The position numbers were made by a program, and so were the translations under genes. A stretch of DNA of 56,882 nucleotides from a virus (taxonomy: Duplodnaviria > Caudoviricetes), in the IMG/VR virus record IMGVR_UViG_3300007514_000698, positions 1 to 56,882 of that record, one strand, 5' to 3'. Of this stretch, positions 20,865 to 28,189 are shown piece after piece. Positions within the stretch are counted from its first letter, which is position 1, and the number at the start of each line of letters is the position of its first letter. The notes under the pieces were generated by a model that did not search any database, was not told where the DNA came from, and saw nothing but the letters and a program-made list of their open reading frames with translations.

Positions 20865-21744
20865 CATTTTGAAGATTTTACTACAATCTATTGCTATCAT
20901 TGGACTCATTTTTGTAGCATTTAGTATATCGGATGCAAAACCGAAATACAAAGAAATTGAGATAAAAAACGGTACTACTCTAAAAGGTAAAGTAACTTGG
21001 ATGGGTAAGATTCCAACACTACCGAAGATCACCGTATTCAAACATATGGATAAGTGTGGTCAAGAGGTTGTAAATCCAGCACTACAAGTCAATCCTTCTA
21101 ACAAGGGAGTAAAGTTTACCGTTGTCTATCTTGAGAAAGTTAAAGAGGGTAAACCACTAAATCAGGATAAACTCAAGGTTGGGAGACAAGGGGTACTTCA
21201 TGCTGGATTGGACAAAAAACAGCAACCTGATAGTCAGTTGTGTAATTTCCAAGAACACGTTTTTGCATTTGTAAGAACAAAAAGAATTGGAATGTATAAC
21301 ATGGAAGATTTACTACATAATCCTCATGCATTTGGTTCTAATGGTGCAACACTTTTTAATGTTCCATTACCTGATAGGAATAGAATGACTAAGAAGAAAT
21401 TTAAACGTGTTAAAGGTGTCAACCGATACCAATGTGATACTCATATTCATATGAACGGTTGGATGCATGGATTCGATCATCCTTACTTTGCGGTTACTGA
21501 TGCGAATGGGAACTATGAAATCACAGATGTTCCGAATGGTGAGTATAACCTAATTACATGGCATGAAGGATATAACATTGAATCTTTTGCAGAGGACAAA
21601 AGACCTGTATATGATGCACCTCATGTTATAAATACAAAAATAAATGTTAAGGATGGGGAAGTATTGAAATTTGATTTTCAACTACCAGTTCGAGAGGTAG
21701 AGGTTAATCAAAAGAAAATGTCCAGACAAGTTTCTGGACATTGA
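20857..21744 (+). CDS. secreted cupredoxin-like (MauL-like) protein with carboxypeptidase-regulatory-like domain
   Basis: N-terminal signal/anchor; HNPH...CDTHIHM (His/Cys/His/Met type-1 Cu ligands); HPYFAVTDANGNYEITDVPNGEY..ITWHE. Confidence 0.72.
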   Translation: MNNILKILLQSIAIIGLIFVAFSISDAKPKYKEIEIKNGTTLKGKVTWMGKIPTLPKITVFKHMDKCGQEVVNPALQVNPSNKGVKFTVVYLEKVKEGKPLNQDKLKVGRQGVLHAGLDKKQQPDSQLCNFQEHVFAFVRTKRIGMYNMEDLLHNPHAFGSNGATLFNVPLPDRNRMTKKKFKRVKGVNRYQCDTHIHMNGWMHGFDHPYFAVTDANGNYEITDVPNGEYNLITWHEGYNIESFAEDKRPVYDAPHVINTKINVKDGEVLKFDFQLPVREVEVNQKKMSRQVSGH

Positions 21745-21769
21745 TTGTCGTATATCTGTTATATTTGAA

Positions 21770-21983
21770 ACATATTGGACAGGGGTTCGATTCCCCTCTC
21801 CTACACCAAAACCTACAATATGTGGGAGAATTGGTTTCGACAGTATGAGGGAGAATATCACGGCGACAGGATGTGAGTGTGGCATCCTAAAAACACTCAA
21901 CAACTAAACGCAAACTCTAACGAGTATGCATTGGCTGCGTAAGTAGTCGGAGTCCGAGGGTACTTGGCAACAGAAACCCTCAC
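21770..21983 (+). ncRNA. ssrA: circularly permuted (two-piece) tmRNA
   Basis: Acceptor piece ...GAC-AGGGG-TTCGATT-CCCCT-CTCCTAC-ACCA ends at 21808. A 13-nt spacer follows, then the coding piece GTGGGAG (21822) pairing with CTCCTAC, including G3-U70. pk1 is AGGATG/CATCCT plus GAGTGT/ACACTC. Tag ANSNEYALAA* at 21910-21942. Outer ends approximate. Confidence 0.92.
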
Positions 21984-21996
21984 AGCTATAGAATTA

Positions 21997-22071
21997 GCGG
22001 GTGTAGCTCAGAGGCAGAGCAGTACGTTGCCAACGTACAGGTCAGGATTTCAAAATTCCTCACCCGCTCCA
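21997..22071 (+). tRNA. tRNA-Gly(GCC)
   Basis: GCGGGTG/CACCCGC acceptor, GTACG-TTGCCAA-CGTAC anticodon arm, CCA; atypical T-arm. Confidence 0.88.
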
Positions 22072-22091
22072 GATTACAGGGAAAAAGTTCC

Positions 22092-22120
22092 TTGTATTTA
22101 CAATCAGTTTATGATAAGCT
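22092..22120 (+). promoter_or_regulatory. sigma70-like early promoter (TTGTAT-N17-TAAGCT)
   Basis: TAAGCT -10 variant also at 45092-45120 and 49486-49514 (minus strand). Confidence 0.65.
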
Positions 22121-22165
22121 GGTTATGTTGTTAAATTGAATTTTTAATTTTGAGAAGGAGATTGT

Positions 22166-22378
22166 ATGTCAAAGACAATGGGAAAACCGAAAGTCGGTAT
22201 GAAGAAGGCTCGTAAAATTACTCGAGCGGAAGCGGATGCTACAGGATTGCCACGTTGGGTGGAAATCTATACTTCACCAGCAACTGGTGAAACTGCGTTC
22301 AAAAATTGTCAACTACAGGGTGGTGCAAAAACTGTATTTGCTTGTCGTAGGGCGTTGAATAAATATTGGGGTGTGTAA
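22166..22378 (+). CDS. basic hypothetical protein, monocistronic
   Basis: AAGGAG RBS; has its own promoter and terminator. Confidence 0.65.
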   Translation: MSKTMGKPKVGMKKARKITRAEADATGLPRWVEIYTSPATGETAFKNCQLQGGAKTVFACRRALNKYWGV

Positions 22379-22395
22379 ACTCTAATAAAACTTTT

Positions 22396-22424
22396 AGGGG
22401 TATGGGAAACCATACCCCTTTTTT
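22396..22424 (+). terminator. rho-independent terminator
   Basis: AGGGGTATGG-GAAA-CCATACCCCT-TTTTT. Confidence 0.85.
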
Positions 22425-22428
22425 AATT

Positions 22429-22929
22429 ATGAAATACTTATTGATTGTTATTTCCTTTTTGTTCTTGACAGGATTTTCTAAACAAGAAACTACTTGTCTT
22501 GCACAAAACATCTATTTTGAAGCAAGAGATCAAAATATTAAAGGACAAATTGCAGTTGCATTAGTTACTATAAATAGAGTAAAGAGTAAAAGATTTCCAA
22601 ATACGTTTTGTAAAGTAGTAAAACAAGCAAGATATAGGAATGGTAGGTTAGTTAAACATAAGTGTCATTTCAGTTGGTTTTGTGATGGTTTATCTGATAT
22701 ACCTAAAGATAGGATTGCATGGAAAGTCTCTTTAACTATTGCAAATGCTATGTTAGAACATTCTGGTTCTCATATATCAAAGAACGGTACAAAATGGAAG
22801 GTCAATGATTTTTTGAATGGTGCAACACACTATCATAGATCAGACGTTAATCCATATTGGAATCGTAATATGTTAAAAGTTGCAGAGATTGGGAATCACA
22901 TATTTTACATTGATCCATATAGATTTTAA
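22429..22929 (+). CDS. SleB-like cell wall hydrolase (Hydrolase_2)
   Basis: CLAQNIYFEAR, VALVTINRV, FPNTFCKVV, FSW, GATHYH, IGNHIFY. Confidence 0.92.
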   Translation: MKYLLIVISFLFLTGFSKQETTCLAQNIYFEARDQNIKGQIAVALVTINRVKSKRFPNTFCKVVKQARYRNGRLVKHKCHFSWFCDGLSDIPKDRIAWKVSLTIANAMLEHSGSHISKNGTKWKVNDFLNGATHYHRSDVNPYWNRNMLKVAEIGNHIFYIDPYRF

Positions 22930-22946
22930 CTGTCGAGGAATGAAAT

Positions 22947-23501
22947 ATGTCAGAGAAAAAAGAAAAACAATCATTAACTCCCGAAGAAAAGGGTGTTTAC
23001 CTTTTCATGGAAGAAGTAAATACAGAAACGTGCAAAGAACTTATTTCGTTTATTCTTACTAAAAGTTTTCAAAGACCAAGACCTAAGAGTTTACAGATTA
23101 TTATTAATTCGCCTGGTGGTGATTTGAATGCTGCTTTTGCAGTTATAGATATTATGAGGGGTTGTCCTATACCAGTTCATACAGTTGGTTTAGGACAAAT
23201 TGCATCCGCTGGGTTTATGATGTTTATTGCTGGGAAAAAGGGTGAAAGGATTTTAACTCCTAATACTTCTATTATGTCTCATCAATGGAGTTGGGGTTCA
23301 TGGGGTAAAGAACATGAATTGGTTGCAGTAAGTAAAGAACATGACTTAACATCTCAAAGGATGGTCAATCATTATAAAAAATGTACTGGTATGACTGAAC
23401 AGAAAATACGAAAATATCTATTACCCGCTACAGATGTTTGGATGTCTGCGAAAGAAGCATTAAAACTAAAATGTTGCGACAAAATAAAGGATTTTAAATG
23501 A
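22947..23501 (+). CDS. clpP: ClpP-like protease
   Basis: INSPGG, GQIASAG (Ser), IMSHQ (His), TDVWMSAKEAL (Asp). Confidence 0.88.
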   Translation: MSEKKEKQSLTPEEKGVYLFMEEVNTETCKELISFILTKSFQRPRPKSLQIIINSPGGDLNAAFAVIDIMRGCPIPVHTVGLGQIASAGFMMFIAGKKGERILTPNTSIMSHQWSWGSWGKEHELVAVSKEHDLTSQRMVNHYKKCTGMTEQKIRKYLLPATDVWMSAKEALKLKCCDKIKDFK

Positions 23502-23707
23502 GTATAGATGTTAATGCGACTATTGAGAAATTAGTTATTGAAAAGAAAATATCATATATGGATGCGGTTGTTCATTATACAGATGATGTTGATTGTGAGA
23601 TTGAAATGGTTGCAAAAATGTTGAATAGGTCTATTAAGGATAAACTGGAAGCAGAAGCACAAGACTTGAATATGATGAAAAAGAAATGTTCAAGACTTCC
23701 TTTGTAA
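23498..23707 (+). CDS. gp33: late-promoter transcription coactivator gp33
   Basis: IEKLV...SYMDAVVHY..IEMVAKML..SIKDKLEAEA.DLN..LP; upstream of gp32. Confidence 0.85.
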   Translation: MSIDVNATIEKLVIEKKISYMDAVVHYTDDVDCEIEMVAKMLNRSIKDKLEAEAQDLNMMKKKCSRLPL

Positions 23708-23730
23708 TGTATTGTGATGACCGTTTGTAA

Positions 23731-23760
23731 TTATACAACGTAATATAACGTAATATAACT
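23731..23760 (+). repeat. 3x 10-nt tandem repeat in the gp32 leader
   Basis: TTATACAACG TAATATAACG TAATATAACT immediately before the AAGGAG RBS. Confidence 0.7.
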
Positions 23761-23778
23761 ATCTAGAAGGAGTAAAAT

Positions 23779-24678
23779 ATGGCTACAAATTTTGCAGATT
23801 TAAAGAAGAACAAAGCAAATAAGTTTGAATCTTTGGTTCAACAATCAGAGAAGTTGAACGAAAAAGTATCATACGTTGATGAACGTATCTGGAAATGTGA
23901 ACGTGATAAGAACGGTAATGGATATGCAGTTATTCGTTTTCTTCCCGAATGTAAGGGTGAGACAAATGATTTTGTTACAATGTTCACTCATGGGTTTAAA
24001 GGGCCTGGTGGGTGGTATATTGAGAATTGTCTAACGACACCAGTTAAAGGGGCACCAAAAGGATTTGATGATCCTGTTGCACAATCTAATAGTAAGTTGT
24101 GGAATTCTGGTATTGAGTCAGATAAAAATATTGCGAGAGATCGTAAACGTAAACAGAATTTCTATTCTAATATTCTGGTTATCGAAGATTCCGCAAATAA
24201 AGAGAATGAAGGTAAAGTCTTTTTGTTTAGGTATGGTAAGAAGATTTTCGATAAGACACAACAAGTATTAAAACCCGAATTTGCAGATGAAGTTGGTTTT
24301 AATCCATTCGACTTTTGGGATGGTGCAAACTTCAAGATCAAAATCCGTCAGGTAGATGGATATGCGAATTATGATAAGTCTGAATTCTGCGAACCATCTG
24401 CATTGTTTGATGGGGATGAAGAAAAGATTAAGAAGGTTTGGGAATCACAATATTCTTTGGAAGAACTGTTGAGTCCTGATAAGTTTAAATCTTATGCAGA
24501 ATTAAATGCAAGGTTTAAAACTGTTACTGGTGGTCATAGTGCGGATTATGCTGAGACTATTGAGGAAAGTGCAGAACCAGTTGCAGTATCTTCAAACTCT
24601 GCACCGTCAGAGAATTCTGAAAGTGAACCGAATAATGATGAAACAATGGATTACTTTAAGAAACTAGCAGATCAGTAA
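23779..24678 (+). CDS. gp32: single-stranded DNA-binding protein gp32
   Basis: GNGYAVIRFLP, GGWYIENC, YGKKIFDK, PFDFWDGANFKIK, acidic tail ending YFKKLA. Confidence 0.96.
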   Translation: MATNFADLKKNKANKFESLVQQSEKLNEKVSYVDERIWKCERDKNGNGYAVIRFLPECKGETNDFVTMFTHGFKGPGGWYIENCLTTPVKGAPKGFDDPVAQSNSKLWNSGIESDKNIARDRKRKQNFYSNILVIEDSANKENEGKVFLFRYGKKIFDKTQQVLKPEFADEVGFNPFDFWDGANFKIKIRQVDGYANYDKSEFCEPSALFDGDEEKIKKVWESQYSLEELLSPDKFKSYAELNARFKTVTGGHSADYAETIEESAEPVAVSSNSAPSENSESEPNNDETMDYFKKLADQ

Positions 24679-24684
24679 ATAATG

Positions 24685-24785
24685 AGGGGGAGTGTCTATT
24701 ACAATATTGGTGTATCACCAATAGTATGAATGAATGACCTAGGCATCGCTGTGAAATCCGTTAGACGGTGATACTCCCCCTTTTT
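24685..24785 (+). terminator. terminator-like long-range stem enclosing a structured loop
   Basis: AGGGGGAGTGTC (24685-24696) pairs with GATACTCCCCCT (24770-24781), followed by TTTT; lies between convergent genes. Confidence 0.6.
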
Positions 24786-27201
24786 ATCTTTGTTGTGGTG
24801 ATAATCCCTTAAACTCGTTATTGTCTGCACTTTTTATTCCCGAATCAATTTTTACATCACTTGTACTGAAGGAGTAACTATCTTGCGAACCATTATTATT
24901 CATATAAACATTACCCCCTTGTTTGCCCGCAAATTGATAATCAGGTAGTACAGGGGCGATATTCATCCCTCTTTGTTTTGAGTATGCACCTTGTAATAAT
25001 GTAAGATTTTCAACAGCTCTTTTTCCAACATCCATAAAATAATCACTAGGCCCATCACCTTTAGTATTCCATAAAACACCCATATTAAGATTATACCCCG
25101 GCCCACTATCATTTCCATCTAAGATTGCTTTCTTTAAACCTGGCCAGTTGCCTTGTGTATAAAAGCTAGAACCCATATTGTATGCCATATCTGTTAATGC
25201 AACTTTCGCAGAACCAGTTAAACCTCTCCAATTATCTTCACCTATCCACTTCTTGGCCATTGCTTGAAAGAATGGCCATTCAAGTCTCATTAATGCTCGA
25301 CCTTCTGTTTCGCTTATTCCTCTTTTACCGTCATATAATTCTTTTAAGGTTCTATCGGTGATTCCAACAAATTTTAATTGGTCTGCGGCACCATCTTTAT
25401 CTAAATTGAAACCATAACCAATACTCTTACCTATTGATCCATCTTGTCGTTTATCGTCATAAGAGAATGTTCTAAATTGTTCATAACCCATAGTATTTTT
25501 AATACCAAGAAATATATCATCACCTACGACTGTTTTAAAATCATCTTTGAGTGCTTTACCAATCGATCCTTCACCTAAAACATTAGCAACTTTTCTAGTG
25601 GATTCCCCTAGTGCAGCCTTGATGTCAAGAAAATCTTCTCCGATTTTTGGTTGATCTGTTTTACTAATAAATGCTACATTCTTTTTTAAGATTTCTAGAT
25701 TTTTCTTTGCTTTCTGTAAATCCTTTTCTGCTTTATTTAATGTTGATTGATCTTCATCAGGATCAAACAATTTTCCTTTACCTAATTTCTTCCCTTCAAA
25801 TTGGTTGCCTCCTGGGCCAGACATTTGTTTCCATAGTTTTAAATCTTTTACTCGTTTTTCTAAATTAATTGCCTTCTCCTCTGCCTCTTGAATCATTTTT
25901 TGATTACCTTCATCATAATTAAATGCTCCACGAGGCGCCTTTCTTTTCCATCCTAAAAATTCGGCACCTTTCGGGTATTTATCCATAATCCAATTATGTA
26001 TTGAATCTGTATAACTCAAAAAGGTATGCGCCATCAACTGCAAAGTTTCATCTACTCCTCTTGTTACTTCATGTCTGTAGTGCCAAGCGAGTGCGGTCAG
26101 ACCGACAGCAATACCGATAGGACTCAAAGCAAGTCTTACTGCACCTATAAGTAACATGATACTACCACGAAGTAATGCACCGACTTTTGTAACAAAAGAT
26201 TTTGTTGACATACCAAATATTTTTGAGATAAGAAACATCCCAACAATGGTATTAAGAAATGATGTGAAACCCTCTGTAAGTGTGGGGCCAAACCAACTGG
26301 TAAACACCTTATTAATATCTTTTGTTAATGTTCCATCATATCCAAATATAGCAGTTGCAACCCAATTTGCCATGTTTTTAAAAAAGTCAAGTGCAAACTC
26401 TCCAATACTTTCTATTGATTTTGTAATACTCCACATTTTTGCAAAAAAATCACCTTCTTGCCAACCTTCAAAGTCTTTCGTTAAATTATCCATTAACTTT
26501 TTTAGATCATCCATTGTGTCCATGAAAAAATTGAAAGTTGCTGGGAGAGTATACTTCTTGAACCAATCAACAAAGGGTGTCATAAACTCAATCATTTTAA
26601 AGAATAATTCTTTCATATTGGTAAGAAACTTTTTTGTATTTTCCCATAGTTTCTTTATATCACCAACACTTAGATTTTTACCGAGTGCAAAAGCAGTCAT
26701 AATTCCTAAGAACCACATAAAATATGTTTTGATTTTATCCCAAACTTTTTTCATACCATCCCATATATTATCTCGTTTTTGTATCATCCAATCTTTCAAT
26801 CCCATCCAACCTGACGAAAACTTTTCACCCAATTTTTCAAACATCTTTTTGAGTTCTTTTTTAGTCTCTGATTCTTTTTCTACTGTTTTCATTCCAAGTT
26901 GTGCATTAATATCACTTGTTTTTTTAGTTTCTTCTACAATTTCTTTAGTTTGTTCTTTCGTTTGTTTTTCAATATCTTTAGTTTGTTTATCTGTTTTTTC
27001 TTTTAGATCATCTCGTAACCCTTGTAGTTCTTTAACAACTGCGGCCAATCCTTCTTTATTATCTTTTGCTTGCATGAGTCCGATTGCCCAACCATCTGCT
27101 CCTTTGGACATATCTAAGCCACCAGAAGATTTTTGTTGTCCTTCTTCTCCTACTCCTCTTGGATCGGGTGGTGTTCCCCCTTTACTGGGTGGTTTTTTCA
27201 T
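24784..27201 (-). CDS. tape-measure/gp29-like virion protein with C-terminal lysozyme-like domain
   Basis: Long helical, Trp/Phe-periodic region with hydrophobic segments; E-x8-D...SIGYGFNL and ALTDMAYNMG GH24-like motifs; follows gp26/gp51. Confidence 0.7.
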   Translation of the reverse strand: MKKPPSKGGTPPDPRGVGEEGQQKSSGGLDMSKGADGWAIGLMQAKDNKEGLAAVVKELQGLRDDLKEKTDKQTKDIEKQTKEQTKEIVEETKKTSDINAQLGMKTVEKESETKKELKKMFEKLGEKFSSGWMGLKDWMIQKRDNIWDGMKKVWDKIKTYFMWFLGIMTAFALGKNLSVGDIKKLWENTKKFLTNMKELFFKMIEFMTPFVDWFKKYTLPATFNFFMDTMDDLKKLMDNLTKDFEGWQEGDFFAKMWSITKSIESIGEFALDFFKNMANWVATAIFGYDGTLTKDINKVFTSWFGPTLTEGFTSFLNTIVGMFLISKIFGMSTKSFVTKVGALLRGSIMLLIGAVRLALSPIGIAVGLTALAWHYRHEVTRGVDETLQLMAHTFLSYTDSIHNWIMDKYPKGAEFLGWKRKAPRGAFNYDEGNQKMIQEAEEKAINLEKRVKDLKLWKQMSGPGGNQFEGKKLGKGKLFDPDEDQSTLNKAEKDLQKAKKNLEILKKNVAFISKTDQPKIGEDFLDIKAALGESTRKVANVLGEGSIGKALKDDFKTVVGDDIFLGIKNTMGYEQFRTFSYDDKRQDGSIGKSIGYGFNLDKDGAADQLKFVGITDRTLKELYDGKRGISETEGRALMRLEWPFFQAMAKKWIGEDNWRGLTGSAKVALTDMAYNMGSSFYTQGNWPGLKKAILDGNDSGPGYNLNMGVLWNTKGDGPSDYFMDVGKRAVENLTLLQGAYSKQRGMNIAPVLPDYQFAGKQGGNVYMNNNGSQDSYSFSTSDVKIDSGIKSADNNEFKGLSPQQR

Positions 27202-27219
27202 TTTTTAAATCCTTATAGG

Positions 27220-27408
27220 TTACTTGTTACGTTGTTGTTCTTGTTGTTTTCGTTCTTCTTCTAAATGTTGACTTAATAATTGTAAATATATTTCTTTTTC
27301 CCAAGGCAACATACCTTCAACCTCAGATAATGACCATTTGTGATGGTGTATCAGACTAAAATTTGTATTATAATAGTTCTGTAGACTTTCACTACTGAGG
27401 CTTAACCG
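27220..27408 (-). CDS. gp51: gp51-like baseplate hub assembly factor (no in-frame start; probably reached by -1 frameshift from gp26)
   Basis: Frame reads RLSLSSESLQNYYNTNFSLIHHHKWSLSEVEGMLPWEKEIYLQLL...NK*; absent from the ORF track. Confidence 0.75.
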   Translation of the reverse strand, partial: RLSLSSESLQNYYNTNFSLIHHHKWSLSEVEGMLPWEKEIYLQLLSQHLEEERKQQEQQRNK

Positions 27409-28142
27409 AAAAAAGACTGTAGACCCTCCAAGACTTTTTTATCTTTCCATCCACAGACTTTTTTATCTTTTCCCTTACCTGTTTTAAAATTACATTTAAG
27501 TTCAACTTCATGTGATAATTTTGGCATTGTATTAAAGAATTCTTTGATCTTCTGAAACTCTGTATCGGGTAATGATTCAAAGAATTCATGTAATTCTTCT
27601 TTCGTATGATCTTTAGCAGGATATGTACTATCTTTATCCCATATAGTTTCTAGACAACTTACTAATGAAGTGAATATCATTTCTACATCTGAATCTGATC
27701 CATTTTCTTCCATACCTATTTTACTTTCAATCGAAGGGTATTTCATTATTATACCAATGTTATCAGTTAATTCAATTTTATTAGTATGTTCCTTTTCAGT
27801 TTTAACACCTACATTCATTAAATTGACATTGAAACTAATTGGATTTTTACATTCTTGACATTCTATTTCTAAATCTATTTCTTCACCTTTAGATTTTGCT
27901 CTTAATTGTAAAAAGATATACTCAAGATCAAACATTGGTAAAGTTTTTGCATTGACTTTTTCTGATACACAACTATCAATAATATCTGCTACAGCATTCA
28001 TTATAGTTTCTTCTTTTTCTGTCTCTAATGCTAAAAGAAGTATTTTTTCTTCTTTAACTAAGAAGGGTCTGTAGTTTAACACGTTCCCTGTTGAGGGTAA
28101 GGTTAATTGATATTTTGGTGTAGTTATTCTTGGTAATGCCAT
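27402..28142 (-). CDS. gp26: baseplate hub subunit gp26
   Basis: MALP...LPSTG...RPFLVKEEKILL, FDLEYIFLQLRAKSKGE, FFNTMPKL, LEGLQSFF. Confidence 0.92.
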   Translation of the reverse strand: MALPRITTPKYQLTLPSTGNVLNYRPFLVKEEKILLLALETEKEETIMNAVADIIDSCVSEKVNAKTLPMFDLEYIFLQLRAKSKGEEIDLEIECQECKNPISFNVNLMNVGVKTEKEHTNKIELTDNIGIIMKYPSIESKIGMEENGSDSDVEMIFTSLVSCLETIWDKDSTYPAKDHTKEELHEFFESLPDTEFQKIKEFFNTMPKLSHEVELKCNFKTGKGKDKKVCGWKDKKVLEGLQSFFG

Positions 28143-28189
28143 TTCATGTCTCCTTTAATTTAATAATATAAAATTATGTATTAATCTTA

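Noticed and set aside
21682-21903. 73-aa minus-strand ORF
   Set aside because: Antisense to the tmRNA, which explains the region.
26156-27208. 350-aa plus-strand ORF antisense to the tape-measure-like gene
   Set aside because: It mirrors the codons of a Lys/Glu-rich gene (F/S/L/I-rich), with no RBS or motifs; a shadow ORF.
27392-27589. 65-aa alternative-frame ORF over the gp26 end
   Set aside because: It stops at 27392 and is not the gp51-like frame; no recognisable motifs.
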